Positions 34,458 through 42,952 of a DNA stretch of 50,425 bases are shown in pieces. Numbering within the stretch: the first letter of the stretch is position 1; every line of letters begins with the position of its first letter. This DNA is from a virus (Duplodnaviria; Caudoviricetes). The translations under genes and the position numbers were made by a program. A model generated the notes under the pieces. That model did not search any database. It was not told the DNA's origin and saw nothing but the letters and a program-made list of their open reading frames with translations. The stretch lies in IMG/VR virus record IMGVR_UViG_3300020045_005338, positions 1-50,425 of that record, one strand, 5' to 3'.

Positions 34458-37312
34458 TAGTTATTCTTTCCGATTCCAAGACCCTGCATAAAATGGTCTT
34501 CCCGGCTAAGACTCCATGGATCATTCGTCCCGGAAGAAGAGCTGAGCCTGAATTGATAAGTATTGTATGTTTCTGGAATATCAATAACCTTGTGATACAT
34601 CAGCACATTGTCTGAGCCTGAAATAACAAACTTTTCTCTCAGTTTCCAGTCATTGCTAAAATCAATGCGGTCAAAATAGTAGACCGTTCCACAACTAAGA
34701 TTTGCAAAGTAAAGGTCGGTGGCGTGGCCTTTATGAGTCTGAGACGGGCTCTTTTCATACTTAAGAGAGCTATCCATGTAGTCATTAATTGGAGTTGTGT
34801 TTCCGTCTAGATTCCCGCTATCCATCATGTGGCAATATCCGATTCGGTCAAAAGCCATGAGGTAGCGAGCCCCGCCGCTTTCAGCCATCACCATAGTATT
34901 AAAATTCATGTTGGCATAAGGATAGAAAGCCTGGCTTCTTCCATCAAAATTGATGAAGTGGGTGGTCTGCTTAGAATCTGCACCGATAGCAACACAAAGC
35001 TTGTATACATTGCTATTGATGTCAGTTTCTGCAAAAGATAGGATTAATCCAGATCCAGCAATGCTTACATTGTCGAGCGAGAAATCGCACTGGCCGTTAT
35101 ACTCCTCAATGGGATTAGAGATGATCTTGTCATCCGACCCGTCAAAGAGCCTAAGCTTCTTGTCATAGCTCATCCCAATAACAATCTGACCAACACCATC
35201 AATGTATAGTGGCCGAACCGTCCTAGGAACAAAACCCCAATCTTTAATTTGGATGTAACTGAAATCTGGGTTACCACCTACATAATTAACGCGGTAAAGG
35301 AAATATTTTGTGGATACATACAAATATCTTCTAAGAATGAAAGCGCAGGTTATCTCATCATCCTGAGTTGATGGAATGTCAAAGTTGGAAGCCCACGTCC
35401 CGGTTAACTGAGTATTTTCATCTTCGTAAAAAAATCCACGAGGACGAAGTTGGGAGTTAAGAAGAATGAGGAACCCGTTAAAATTGATGCTGTACTTAGT
35501 GGCCGTGGCATTAGAATTAAGCCGTGCCATGAATGTGCCGGATGAACCAGACCAGTAAAGAGGAGTGTCGTACCTGTCTGAAGTTGCAACAAGCACGTTC
35601 TTTGAACGCTGAAGCCACTGGTAAGTGGAAGACCTGTCAGTTGCAATAGTTACAAAAGATACGCCTAAATTTGAGGATGCATAAATGGCGGTCCCGGCTG
35701 ATACCGTAAGCCACCTTACTCCGCTTGCTCCAAAGTCATAGGATGCCCAGGGCTTATTATCAAATGCTTCATTGATGGTATTCCCAGACCCAGCATTGTA
35801 AATTTCAGTTCTGTTGGAGGCCGTCAAAACCTTCTTATAAAAAGAGGTTTCATCCATTCTTCCATCAAAGTAATTGACGTTTCCATTGGAGACTGTGCCA
35901 AGCACAAAAGGAGCTGATCCGGCTCTTAGTCCTAAAGAGTAGGAGGCTGAATTGGCCACATTATTGACTGATAGTCCTAGAAAATTCCCGGTATCATGCC
36001 ACGCAACAATGTTGTACCAGGTGGCTGTGTTTAAAGCTCCAAAACTTGATGCTTGGACTGAGCCTTCTTCATAGCGCCCTGAGCTTGAAGCCTTAAAGTT
36101 AACAATGTTGTCTGTATTGAGATACAAGTAGTATTCGTAATTATTAGCCTTGTTGTATTCAATGGTTGGAGTTGTAAAGTTGGAAACCCACCTGGCTACT
36201 CCCTTGGTGACTCTTAACTCGTCCATCCATCCATCAATTTGATAAATCCTAGAACTGTTAGTGCCGATAATCATCCCAGCACTGTTCCCAACAATATTGG
36301 GATTACCTATAGCTGTGACAGTTCCTTGAGAATTTCCGTCAACAAACAAATAGATGCTGTTTGAAGATCTTACAAGAGCAACGTGACTCCATGTATTAAC
36401 AATAGAGCTATTAGCGAAGTTAAAGAAGCTACCATTAATGTATACGGTATAGTTTCCTACTGTTGCATCATACTCAAGACGAATACCACTGATATTTCCT
36501 CCGTCTCCAATATCAAGAAGATCTCGGTATTGCTGGGTTAAACTGTTGTATCTGACCCAAGTATCAATGGTGAAATCTGCTGTTCCAAAATCAAAGTTGT
36601 TGCTACTTGTAAGAGTTAAGAAGTCTCCAGTTCCGTCAAATAAGCAAGAGCCGTTTCCAAACTTAAACTGGGCTGAATCAACCTGGGCATCACCATTAGC
36701 CAGCACAGACTTTGAATAATAGGACTCATCTGTGAAGGTTGTTGAACCATCAGAACCATTCATGTGAAGCATCAAGACGACGGATGAATCAACGCCGCCA
36801 TAAGGCTGGCTATAATCTCTCTTTGAAACAATGGGAACTTCTAAAGTTCTAGCCGTTGAGTTTAAATAAATCCAGGTAGAGATAGAAAAATCAATGTCTC
36901 CAGTAGCAAGAGTTGCTGTGTTATTGATAAGCAAAAAGCTAGAGTTTCCTAGAATGAAATTTGCGGCTTGATTCTTGATTCCACCAGTCTGGCCAACCCC
37001 TCCAAAATCAGTGAGATGATTCCCTCCGTATGAATCAAATCGAGTCCCGCTTGCTTCATTAAGCTTCCAGTAAGCAATAAGATTGTTGGTGAGGTTTGTA
37101 GCATTAGGAGAAAATGCCGCCGCCGCAGAATCAGATATGATGGTTGAATTCTGAGTGTTTGAGCCCATGCGCTTAGAAGGAGACCCGTTGAAATCAATGG
37201 CCACATCCATCATATTCGGAGACTGATCTTTCTCAATATCCAGAATATGCTGGTTAGTATTTAAGCCTTTTTTGGGCCCACCAGTGGTTAGATCCTGCAC
37301 ATTTTTAAGCAA
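34457..37312 (-). CDS. Tail nozzle/stabilisation protein (T7 gp12/P22 gp10-like) with inserted LamG domains
   Basis: GLNT...NM.DV.....G..SKR.G N-terminus; LamG motifs LIAYWKLNE, DFTIDTWV, WSHVALVR, DG.MDE; propeller-like C-terminal half. Confidence 0.8.
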   Translation of the reverse strand: MLKNVQDLTTGGPKKGLNTNQHILDIEKDQSPNMMDVAIDFNGSPSKRMGSNTQNSTIISDSAAAAFSPNATNLTNNLIAYWKLNEASGTRFDSYGGNHLTDFGGVGQTGGIKNQAANFILGNSSFLLINNTATLATGDIDFSISTWIYLNSTARTLEVPIVSKRDYSQPYGGVDSSVVLMLHMNGSDGSTTFTDESYYSKSVLANGDAQVDSAQFKFGNGSCLFDGTGDFLTLTSSNNFDFGTADFTIDTWVRYNSLTQQYRDLLDIGDGGNISGIRLEYDATVGNYTVYINGSFFNFANSSIVNTWSHVALVRSSNSIYLFVDGNSQGTVTAIGNPNIVGNSAGMIIGTNSSRIYQIDGWMDELRVTKGVARWVSNFTTPTIEYNKANNYEYYLYLNTDNIVNFKASSSGRYEEGSVQASSFGALNTATWYNIVAWHDTGNFLGLSVNNVANSASYSLGLRAGSAPFVLGTVSNGNVNYFDGRMDETSFYKKVLTASNRTEIYNAGSGNTINEAFDNKPWASYDFGASGVRWLTVSAGTAIYASSNLGVSFVTIATDRSSTYQWLQRSKNVLVATSDRYDTPLYWSGSSGTFMARLNSNATATKYSINFNGFLILLNSQLRPRGFFYEDENTQLTGTWASNFDIPSTQDDEITCAFILRRYLYVSTKYFLYRVNYVGGNPDFSYIQIKDWGFVPRTVRPLYIDGVGQIVIGMSYDKKLRLFDGSDDKIISNPIEEYNGQCDFSLDNVSIAGSGLILSFAETDINSNVYKLCVAIGADSKQTTHFINFDGRSQAFYPYANMNFNTMVMAESGGARYLMAFDRIGYCHMMDSGNLDGNTTPINDYMDSSLKYEKSPSQTHKGHATDLYFANLSCGTVYYFDRIDFSNDWKLREKFVISGSDNVLMYHKVIDIPETYNTYQFRLSSSSGTNDPWSLSREDHFMQGLGIGKNN

Positions 37313-37598
37313 TGATTGTACCTATCCTCTTCTCATAAGTATCAATGAATTGGTCAATGACAGGCTTAACGACCATGTTTAAGCTGTTTACCATGGCAAT
37401 AGCATCTGGAATTCTATCTACTTCAAACAGTTTAATGCCGTTTACAGCAACATAAAGGTCTGAAGTATTGTCGACTGAGAATGTTAAGGCGGATGCGGCT
37501 TTAAGCATTCTTATCAAAGGGAATGCTGACCTTACTTTGTCTGAGTTTGCCATATCAATACCTGTACCTGTATTCTTCGTGAATTCCGCTGATATCAA
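37305..37598 (-). CDS. Hypothetical protein
   Basis: Coupled ORF; start may be MANSD at 37553. Confidence 0.6.
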   Translation of the reverse strand: MISAEFTKNTGTGIDMANSDKVRSAFPLIRMLKAASALTFSVDNTSDLYVAVNGIKLFEVDRIPDAIAMVNSLNMVVKPVIDQFIDTYEKRIGTIIA

Positions 37599-38685
37599 TA
37601 GAGTATGGACGGCTCATATAGATTCGTTTGGAGTCGCTTAATACCGTAGCATACTCATGATGATAAAAAAGGTAGTTTTGGTCATTCTGGTCTAGTTCTA
37701 GGCTTCTTAGCGTGCCATAAAGCCCAGCAATATGCATGCGTGCTGGCATATCAGGAGAAGAGCAAAGCGTGTAGTTTGCCAGGCTTGTTACTGAAGTGTT
37801 GGCAAAAGCCACCGCCAAAGTAAGAGACGAGTCATGCTGAATGCTTAATACTCTATACCACTGAGAATCAGCGCCGACTCCAATGTTATCAACCCTGAAC
37901 CAAATGTTATCGGACCCATTCTGGTAGGCATCAAGAAACCGAGTATTCGTGTTTCCAGTAACTGTGGTTCCTTTGGCCTGGATAGAGTTGATAGTCCCAG
38001 CCGTAGTTTCAACCATGGGATAACACTGCTTAAAGTAGTCGTAATCAACATTACGAGCCGTTGAGGGAGGTGGAATGATCTGAATAAGCTGGTTTCCAGC
38101 AGTATCCTGGCCAACCAGCATAACCTTCTCAGGGATGGATACAGGATACATCGAATCATTATCGTTATACTTTCGGTAAGGCTCTTCTTCTAAAGCTTTG
38201 CGTTTCTGGCCGACCCAAAGGATTACTCCTCCATTCTTAGGAAGCCTGTCGAAATCAGAGGCTAAGGCATAAATATTCTGGAATATAACGTAGCTTCCAG
38301 AAGTGATGTTGTTGGCTCCTTGGTAAGCCGGGGAAATAGTTAGCGATGTAGCATTGTTGAATCCAGTAATCTTGTAAGGCCGATCACTTCCCGAAAATGA
38401 TATGCTTCTTTCTTTAAATGATGCATCAACTGATGCTGAAGAAGAAAAGGTTACAGTGCTAGACCCGGTTGTAACAGAGATTGTCCCGGTATTATACTGT
38501 TCGATGGTAGTAATGGAGCTTGAAGCCAGCAAAAAACTCCAGTCGGTCTTAGACGGAATCTCACGAATGACTACATCTTGTACAACCCCGCGAATCTTCT
38601 CAACTGTGTTATTTCCAACACGAGCTAACTTACGAGCTCTCTCGACAAGCTCCGTATAAGGTATCTCGGCAATGTTCTTAGCCAT
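37555..38685 (-). CDS. Tail adaptor/tubular protein (T7 gp11-like) with inserted beta domains
   Basis: YTELVERAR...WSFL...YALASDF..L...IIPPP...DY; two GT-I/V-rich inserts. Confidence 0.75.
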   Translation of the reverse strand: MAKNIAEIPYTELVERARKLARVGNNTVEKIRGVVQDVVIREIPSKTDWSFLLASSSITTIEQYNTGTISVTTGSSTVTFSSSASVDASFKERSISFSGSDRPYKITGFNNATSLTISPAYQGANNITSGSYVIFQNIYALASDFDRLPKNGGVILWVGQKRKALEEEPYRKYNDNDSMYPVSIPEKVMLVGQDTAGNQLIQIIPPPSTARNVDYDYFKQCYPMVETTAGTINSIQAKGTTVTGNTNTRFLDAYQNGSDNIWFRVDNIGVGADSQWYRVLSIQHDSSLTLAVAFANTSVTSLANYTLCSSPDMPARMHIAGLYGTLRSLELDQNDQNYLFYHHEYATVLSDSKRIYMSRPYSIDISGIHEEYRYRY

Positions 38686-38687
38686 TT

Positions 38688-38942
38688 TTACTCCTTAGCA
38701 AGTAAGTAATCAATCTTCTTCCAGATTGCAGATACTTGCTGGTCTCTAATTAAGAAATCTTTAGCCGCTTCTTCCTTGGAATACTTTGTATATTCATACA
38801 GCTTTAATGCATCATTAATGTTCTTCAAAATGTCTCTTTGAAAGTCTAAAGTTGTATTAATCTTTGAAGCCCACCATATCGATGTCGCCGCGTGCACCAA
38901 CACAGTTATAGCAATCGTAATAAACTGATAGTCAAACGACAT
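38688..38942 (-). CDS. Membrane protein (holin-like or i-spanin-like)
   Basis: N-terminal TM plus coiled coil. Confidence 0.55.
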   Translation of the reverse strand: MSFDYQFITIAITVLVHAATSIWWASKINTTLDFQRDILKNINDALKLYEYTKYSKEEAAKDFLIRDQQVSAIWKKIDYLLAKE

Positions 38943-39243
38943 TCTTTTTCTCTATAATTTTCTTCCACGCAAGATGGATCAAAAGTAGAGTCCAAGAAAG
39001 CGCCATGGACCCACATACAAAAATTAGTGATGTTGAGTCTTCAAGGCTTAAATTCCATACATTCCTAGACAATGTGTTTCCTGTAAACTGTTTAGATACA
39101 AGCTCTCCAATTCCAAGGCATACCCCCATGGCCGCAATGGTTCCAACCCAGTACCACATTCCCTTCTTTCCTTTAATCCCATAATAGATGAAGGGAGCCA
39201 TCATTAGCCCAAGAAACGCAACTATGAATAGTATATCACCCAT
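38932..39243 (-). CDS. Three-TM membrane protein (holin candidate)
   Basis: Three hydrophobic segments, basic C-terminus; start MGDILF. Confidence 0.55.
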   Translation of the reverse strand: MGDILFIVAFLGLMMAPFIYYGIKGKKGMWYWVGTIAAMGVCLGIGELVSKQFTGNTLSRNVWNLSLEDSTSLIFVCGSMALSWTLLLIHLAWKKIIEKKNVV

Positions 39244-39490
39244 TTTGAGAGTCCTTTTTCTTCTTGCCGCGAAACCATAAAGCAAAGGCCAAAATAGCGG
39301 CTCCTACCGGGGCTCCAGCAACAGGATAAGCCATGCTAATGATGGTTTTGGCCAGCTCAGCATCCTTTTTAGCCTGTTCAAGGCATGTTGGATCGGCCAT
39401 GCATTCCTTTTGATAGTCAATTTGCTTAGCCATGAAAGAGCATCCGCTAAGCATTAATAGGGAAGCTAAAACAATGACAGTCTTTTTCAT
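39236..39490 (-). CDS. Lipoprotein with C-terminal TM (unimolecular-spanin architecture)
   Basis: MKK...LSGC lipobox; C-terminal hydrophobic segment followed by RGKKKK. Confidence 0.6.
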   Translation of the reverse strand: MKKTVIVLASLLMLSGCSFMAKQIDYQKECMADPTCLEQAKKDAELAKTIISMAYPVAGAPVGAAILAFALWFRGKKKKDSQNG

Positions 39491-39675
39491 ACTGGCCTCT
39501 TTCCAGTAAGCAGATAAGATCCAAGCTTGTTAAGCAGTGTAACCATCTTCTCAAACCAGTTATCGTCACTCTGAGGAGTTTTATCCAAAACATCTCTAAT
39601 CGCTGTGATAAATTTAGCAAAAGCTAGATAAACAACAGTAATTTCTACCCAATGATCTCTTACAAATTGAAACAT
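39487..39675 (-). CDS. Small membrane protein (holin-like)
   Basis: One TM; TPQSDDNW motif; AGGAGG RBS. Confidence 0.6.
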   Translation of the reverse strand: MFQFVRDHWVEITVVYLAFAKFITAIRDVLDKTPQSDDNWFEKMVTLLNKLGSYLLTGKRPV

Positions 39676-39692
39676 AATATCCTCCTGTTAGT

Positions 39693-40769
39693 TTAAAAGC
39701 CCCATGCTCCAGCGCCTAAAATTGTAGTTGTTCCACCGCCTGATCCTCCTGTGGCGTTGTCAAACCCAGAGAAAACTAATCCCATCAAAGCTCTCTGCCT
39801 AGGATCATCAGTCCAGGCTCCAGAGTTTGTCCTAGAAGTTCCAATAACATTTGGATAGCCTTCTAGTCCTTGAGAAGTTAAATTGCTAGAAGTAATAGCA
39901 CAAGGAACCACTATAGTTCTTTGATTGGGAACAAGAGCTATCCTGTAGGTATTAGCGGCAACTAAATCATAAGCGCTTGAAAGGATATGGATTTGAGTTC
40001 CTTGGTTTGTTGAGAAAGGACGGTTATTACTTCCAATGAGAAAAGTGTTTAATACCGTTGATCCATCAGCATCATATAAATTAACATTAGTGTCTGATGT
40101 TGGGCTGAAATGAACCCACATTCCTCTTAGAACTGAAGGAAATGGGAAAGCGAAGGCTAGCCCAACTTCATCTGGAGTTGATGCCGTAGTTACAGTTAAA
40201 CTTGATAATCCAAAGATAGGAGCGCAATAATCAATAAAACTAGATGAACCATCATCATATTCCATTGAGAAGGTAAGAGCTCCAGCCCCGCCGCCTTTAG
40301 TCCAAGCTCCGCCAAGAAAACTGTTCGGGTAAGGAAAAGTTCCACCAACTGGGACAAATGATTGAGTCGTAATGGATAGACTTCCGGCGCTTGTAGCACT
40401 CATTCTTACAATAAAAGAGACTAGATCTCCCTGGTTTACTAAAGTTCCAGACCCAAGATGAACCGTAAAATAAGTGTTGTCATCTGTATCAGCTACAGAT
40501 TTAAGGATGTTGCTACTGCTTTGCACCAATGTTCCGCTGGGATTTCCATTAACATCAACAGTTTCGAGTCTAAGGTCTAAAATGGCTCCAGTTGAAATCG
40601 TTGAGCATCTAAACCCAACTCTATCAATGATTCCAGTTTTTGGTATTTTAAAAACAACCCCAGCTGCCTCGTTCGCAGAATCTAAAAGAATGTTGCCGAA
40701 TGAAGCATTAAAGCTATCATTGATAGGATTCGGGATATAAAAACCGCCTGATGTAGCAATTGTAGTCAT
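39693..40769 (-). CDS. Virion protein, beta-rich, probably two tandem jelly-roll-like domains
   Basis: S/T/G-rich beta pattern; GVVFKIP and GLAFAFP repeat. Confidence 0.6.
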   Translation of the reverse strand: MTTIATSGGFYIPNPINDSFNASFGNILLDSANEAAGVVFKIPKTGIIDRVGFRCSTISTGAILDLRLETVDVNGNPSGTLVQSSSNILKSVADTDDNTYFTVHLGSGTLVNQGDLVSFIVRMSATSAGSLSITTQSFVPVGGTFPYPNSFLGGAWTKGGGAGALTFSMEYDDGSSSFIDYCAPIFGLSSLTVTTASTPDEVGLAFAFPFPSVLRGMWVHFSPTSDTNVNLYDADGSTVLNTFLIGSNNRPFSTNQGTQIHILSSAYDLVAANTYRIALVPNQRTIVVPCAITSSNLTSQGLEGYPNVIGTSRTNSGAWTDDPRQRALMGLVFSGFDNATGGSGGGTTTILGAGAWGF

Positions 40770-41008
40770 TAAATTTCCAAGGATTCTATAGTCTGTTTTA
40801 AAGCGATGTTGCTAATGGATTGTTTTGTATAGGTGTCCTTCACATGATATTTGATTCTTACCTTAACCAAAGAATCAGTAGGATTGACATCATCAAACAA
40901 TTCTGACTGTCTAATAACCTCAATAACATCGCCGCTTAAATCTTTTATTAAGATATGATCGCATGCAGAAGGCTCAAATTTTATCTTCATATCAACTACA
41001 TTCTCCAA
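40769..41008 (-). CDS. Hypothetical protein (fibre-associated)
   Basis: Coupled to flanking genes. Confidence 0.55.
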   Translation of the reverse strand: MENVVDMKIKFEPSACDHILIKDLSGDVIEVIRQSELFDDVNPTDSLVKVRIKYHVKDTYTKQSISNIALKQTIESLEI

Positions 41009-42059
41009 TAATCGTAATGGTTAAATTGCTTCCAGGAACAACAGATCCGACTTGATCAATGTTGAAGCCTAGATAACTTCCGGCGTAAAAAGTATTGATT
41101 GAAGTGAATGTTGTAGAGCTTCCGGCTGATGCTCCAGCAGGAATAAATGGTTTGTCTCCATTAGCGGCAAACATTGATGTGCCAGCCAATACAAGATGGT
41201 TGTATTGAAGGATATCTATGATTGTTGATGCACCAGATGCTGATGTCCCAATGGAAAGACTAACCCTGGATGCAGAAAGATTGAAAGGAATGTAGACTCT
41301 GGATTCCTCTGAAATATGAGATGTTGAGAGATTTCCGCCAACAAAAAATCCCGCTGATCTTGTTCTCACGTTTTGGTTTACAGATAAAGAAACGGAAGAA
41401 TTAGCCCCTCCATCAACTAAGGTTAAACCTGTTGATGAAGATAATGTCCTTTCAGCCGTAAGATCTGCCGCCGCAGAAATAACAACATAAGAGTTTGCAG
41501 TAGCGGCATAAACAACAGAAGATCCTCCAGCTCCAGTAGAAGCTGAGATAAATATTGCAGTGCCAGATTTGACTATAGTGGTGTTGTCTGATGCAAGAAT
41601 AGCATAGTAACTAAGCGAAGAACCATCTGAGTTAACACCAAGTAGAGTGTGCGCTGAACCTACAGTTATCCTTCCAGTTCCTCCGCTTGTCGTAATTAGA
41701 GGAATAGACAATGAATCTTGTTTCCCGGCTATACTTGCTGAATTAGCAGAGATATAAATAGCAGTGCCGGACTTAGTAACCGTAGCATTATTTGAGGCTA
41801 AGATTGCATAGTAGGTTAAGCTAGCTTCACTTGAGTTAACTCCAAGAATTGTATGAGCTGAGCCAATAGTTGTTCGGCCAGTACCGCCGCTCCCTGTTAC
41901 TAGAGGAATCGCAACTGACCTTTGAATCCCAGAAAGAAGATTAACTTTAGAAATCTTTAATCCTGTCGGAGTTCCGCCAGTATCTGTAACATAATAGAAA
42001 ATGTCACCATCGTTGGCTGATGTTCCTGCTGTAAGTCCAGTAAGCTTTGTATCAGGCAT
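40992..42059 (-). CDS. Tail-fibre-like protein with internal tandem repeat
   Basis: MPDTKLTGL start; two IPL...GGTGR.T.GSAHT.LGVNS...YYAILAS.N.T..KSGTAI.ISA units, 68-aa period. Confidence 0.7.
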   Translation of the reverse strand: MPDTKLTGLTAGTSANDGDIFYYVTDTGGTPTGLKISKVNLLSGIQRSVAIPLVTGSGGTGRTTIGSAHTILGVNSSEASLTYYAILASNNATVTKSGTAIYISANSASIAGKQDSLSIPLITTSGGTGRITVGSAHTLLGVNSDGSSLSYYAILASDNTTIVKSGTAIFISASTGAGGSSVVYAATANSYVVISAAADLTAERTLSSSTGLTLVDGGANSSVSLSVNQNVRTRSAGFFVGGNLSTSHISEESRVYIPFNLSASRVSLSIGTSASGASTIIDILQYNHLVLAGTSMFAANGDKPFIPAGASAGSSTTFTSINTFYAGSYLGFNIDQVGSVVPGSNLTITIIGECS

Positions 42060-42067
42060 GTTTTATC

Positions 42068-42337
42068 CTATGACTCAAGTATGAGTTTTCCAGTGTCTTC
42101 ATAAAGAAAGTAAAATCCATCTTCGAGAAGGAAATATGATGCTGTTGCCGGAGTAAGCGTATGAAGCAATTGCCAAGTTCCGCCATAGTAAATATAGTAG
42201 CCATTATCGCCAGAATTAATATACGTCCAGCCTTCTTCAGGATTCGACGGTGCCGAAGCGAGCACTCCCTGGAAGTTTCCGCTTCCGCTTCCCGTACTAT
42301 TTGAAATAACTGGCAGTAATGGTTCACTTGAATTCAT
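42068..42337 (-). CDS. Small virion protein with acidic-aromatic C-terminal repeat
   Basis: APSNPEEGWTYINS...YIYYGGTW; FLLEDGFYFLYEDTGKLILES. Confidence 0.7.
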   Translation of the reverse strand: MNSSEPLLPVISNSTGSGSGNFQGVLASAPSNPEEGWTYINSGDNGYYIYYGGTWQLLHTLTPATASYFLLEDGFYFLYEDTGKLILES

Positions 42338-42423
42338 CAGCTTCCAACATTTAAAAGTGGTTCATAAGTTGAAATAGTCTGCGATGTGCTTGAATAAGTT
42401 GATCTTGTAATTGTTGGAAACAT
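42337..42423 (-). CDS. Ser/Thr-rich micro-protein (28 aa)
   Basis: Not in track; MFPTITRSTYSSTSQTISTYEPLLNVGS; TGATG coupling; fills the gap. Confidence 0.45.
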   Translation of the reverse strand: MFPTITRSTYSSTSQTISTYEPLLNVGS

Positions 42424-42427
42424 TGGG

Positions 42428-42643
42428 TCACTTTGTAGCATTTATAAGCCACTCCAGAGTTTCAACAGATGCCTTGAATCTAACTGCGTCATCTTTGCGC
42501 TCTGTCCTGTCAGCCACCAAATACTTGTCTCTAACCTGGTCAAGAAGTCTCACAATCTCTTCATTCGATCTTAGAACAATCGAGTTAACCCGGCGCTTAT
42601 GATTCATCATTATTTTGTAGTCTCTGATAAGCTTAGAAAACAT
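42428..42643 (-). CDS. Hypothetical protein
   Basis: Start MFSKL overlaps the upstream stop. Confidence 0.6.
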   Translation of the reverse strand: MFSKLIRDYKIMMNHKRRVNSIVLRSNEEIVRLLDQVRDKYLVADRTERKDDAVRFKASVETLEWLINATK

Positions 42644-42944
42644 CTTGAACCGCCAAACGAAGCAAGAATTGGGTGTCGGTAGTTGCGTTGCTAACAGCAA
42701 GCGTATAAATTCCTCTTACTGGCAAGTCATAGCTCCTATTAATGATGGTATTACAGGAATTTAGATAGACTACCTGCCTATTTTTGTTGTCTATGAGCTT
42801 AACTTCAAAGTTTGTTGAGGTGTTTCCGAAATCAACAAAGAGATGTTTGAGGAGGCCATCGCGGATATTGAGCGTATTGTTGGCCCAGTATCCGCTAGCC
42901 GTTACCCCGCTTGAATCAACCATCTCGTAAATTTGGACGCTCAT
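42633..42944 (-). CDS. Small beta-rich virion-associated protein
   Basis: Position and beta-strand pattern. Confidence 0.6.
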   Translation of the reverse strand: MSVQIYEMVDSSGVTASGYWANNTLNIRDGLLKHLFVDFGNTSTNFEVKLIDNKNRQVVYLNSCNTIINRSYDLPVRGIYTLAVSNATTDTQFLLRLAVQDVF

Positions 42945-42952
42945 ATCAATGA

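Noticed and set aside
41535-41910. Repeat as DGR template/variable region
   Set aside because: Both copies are in-frame protein repeats with differences not limited to adenines; no reverse transcriptase present.
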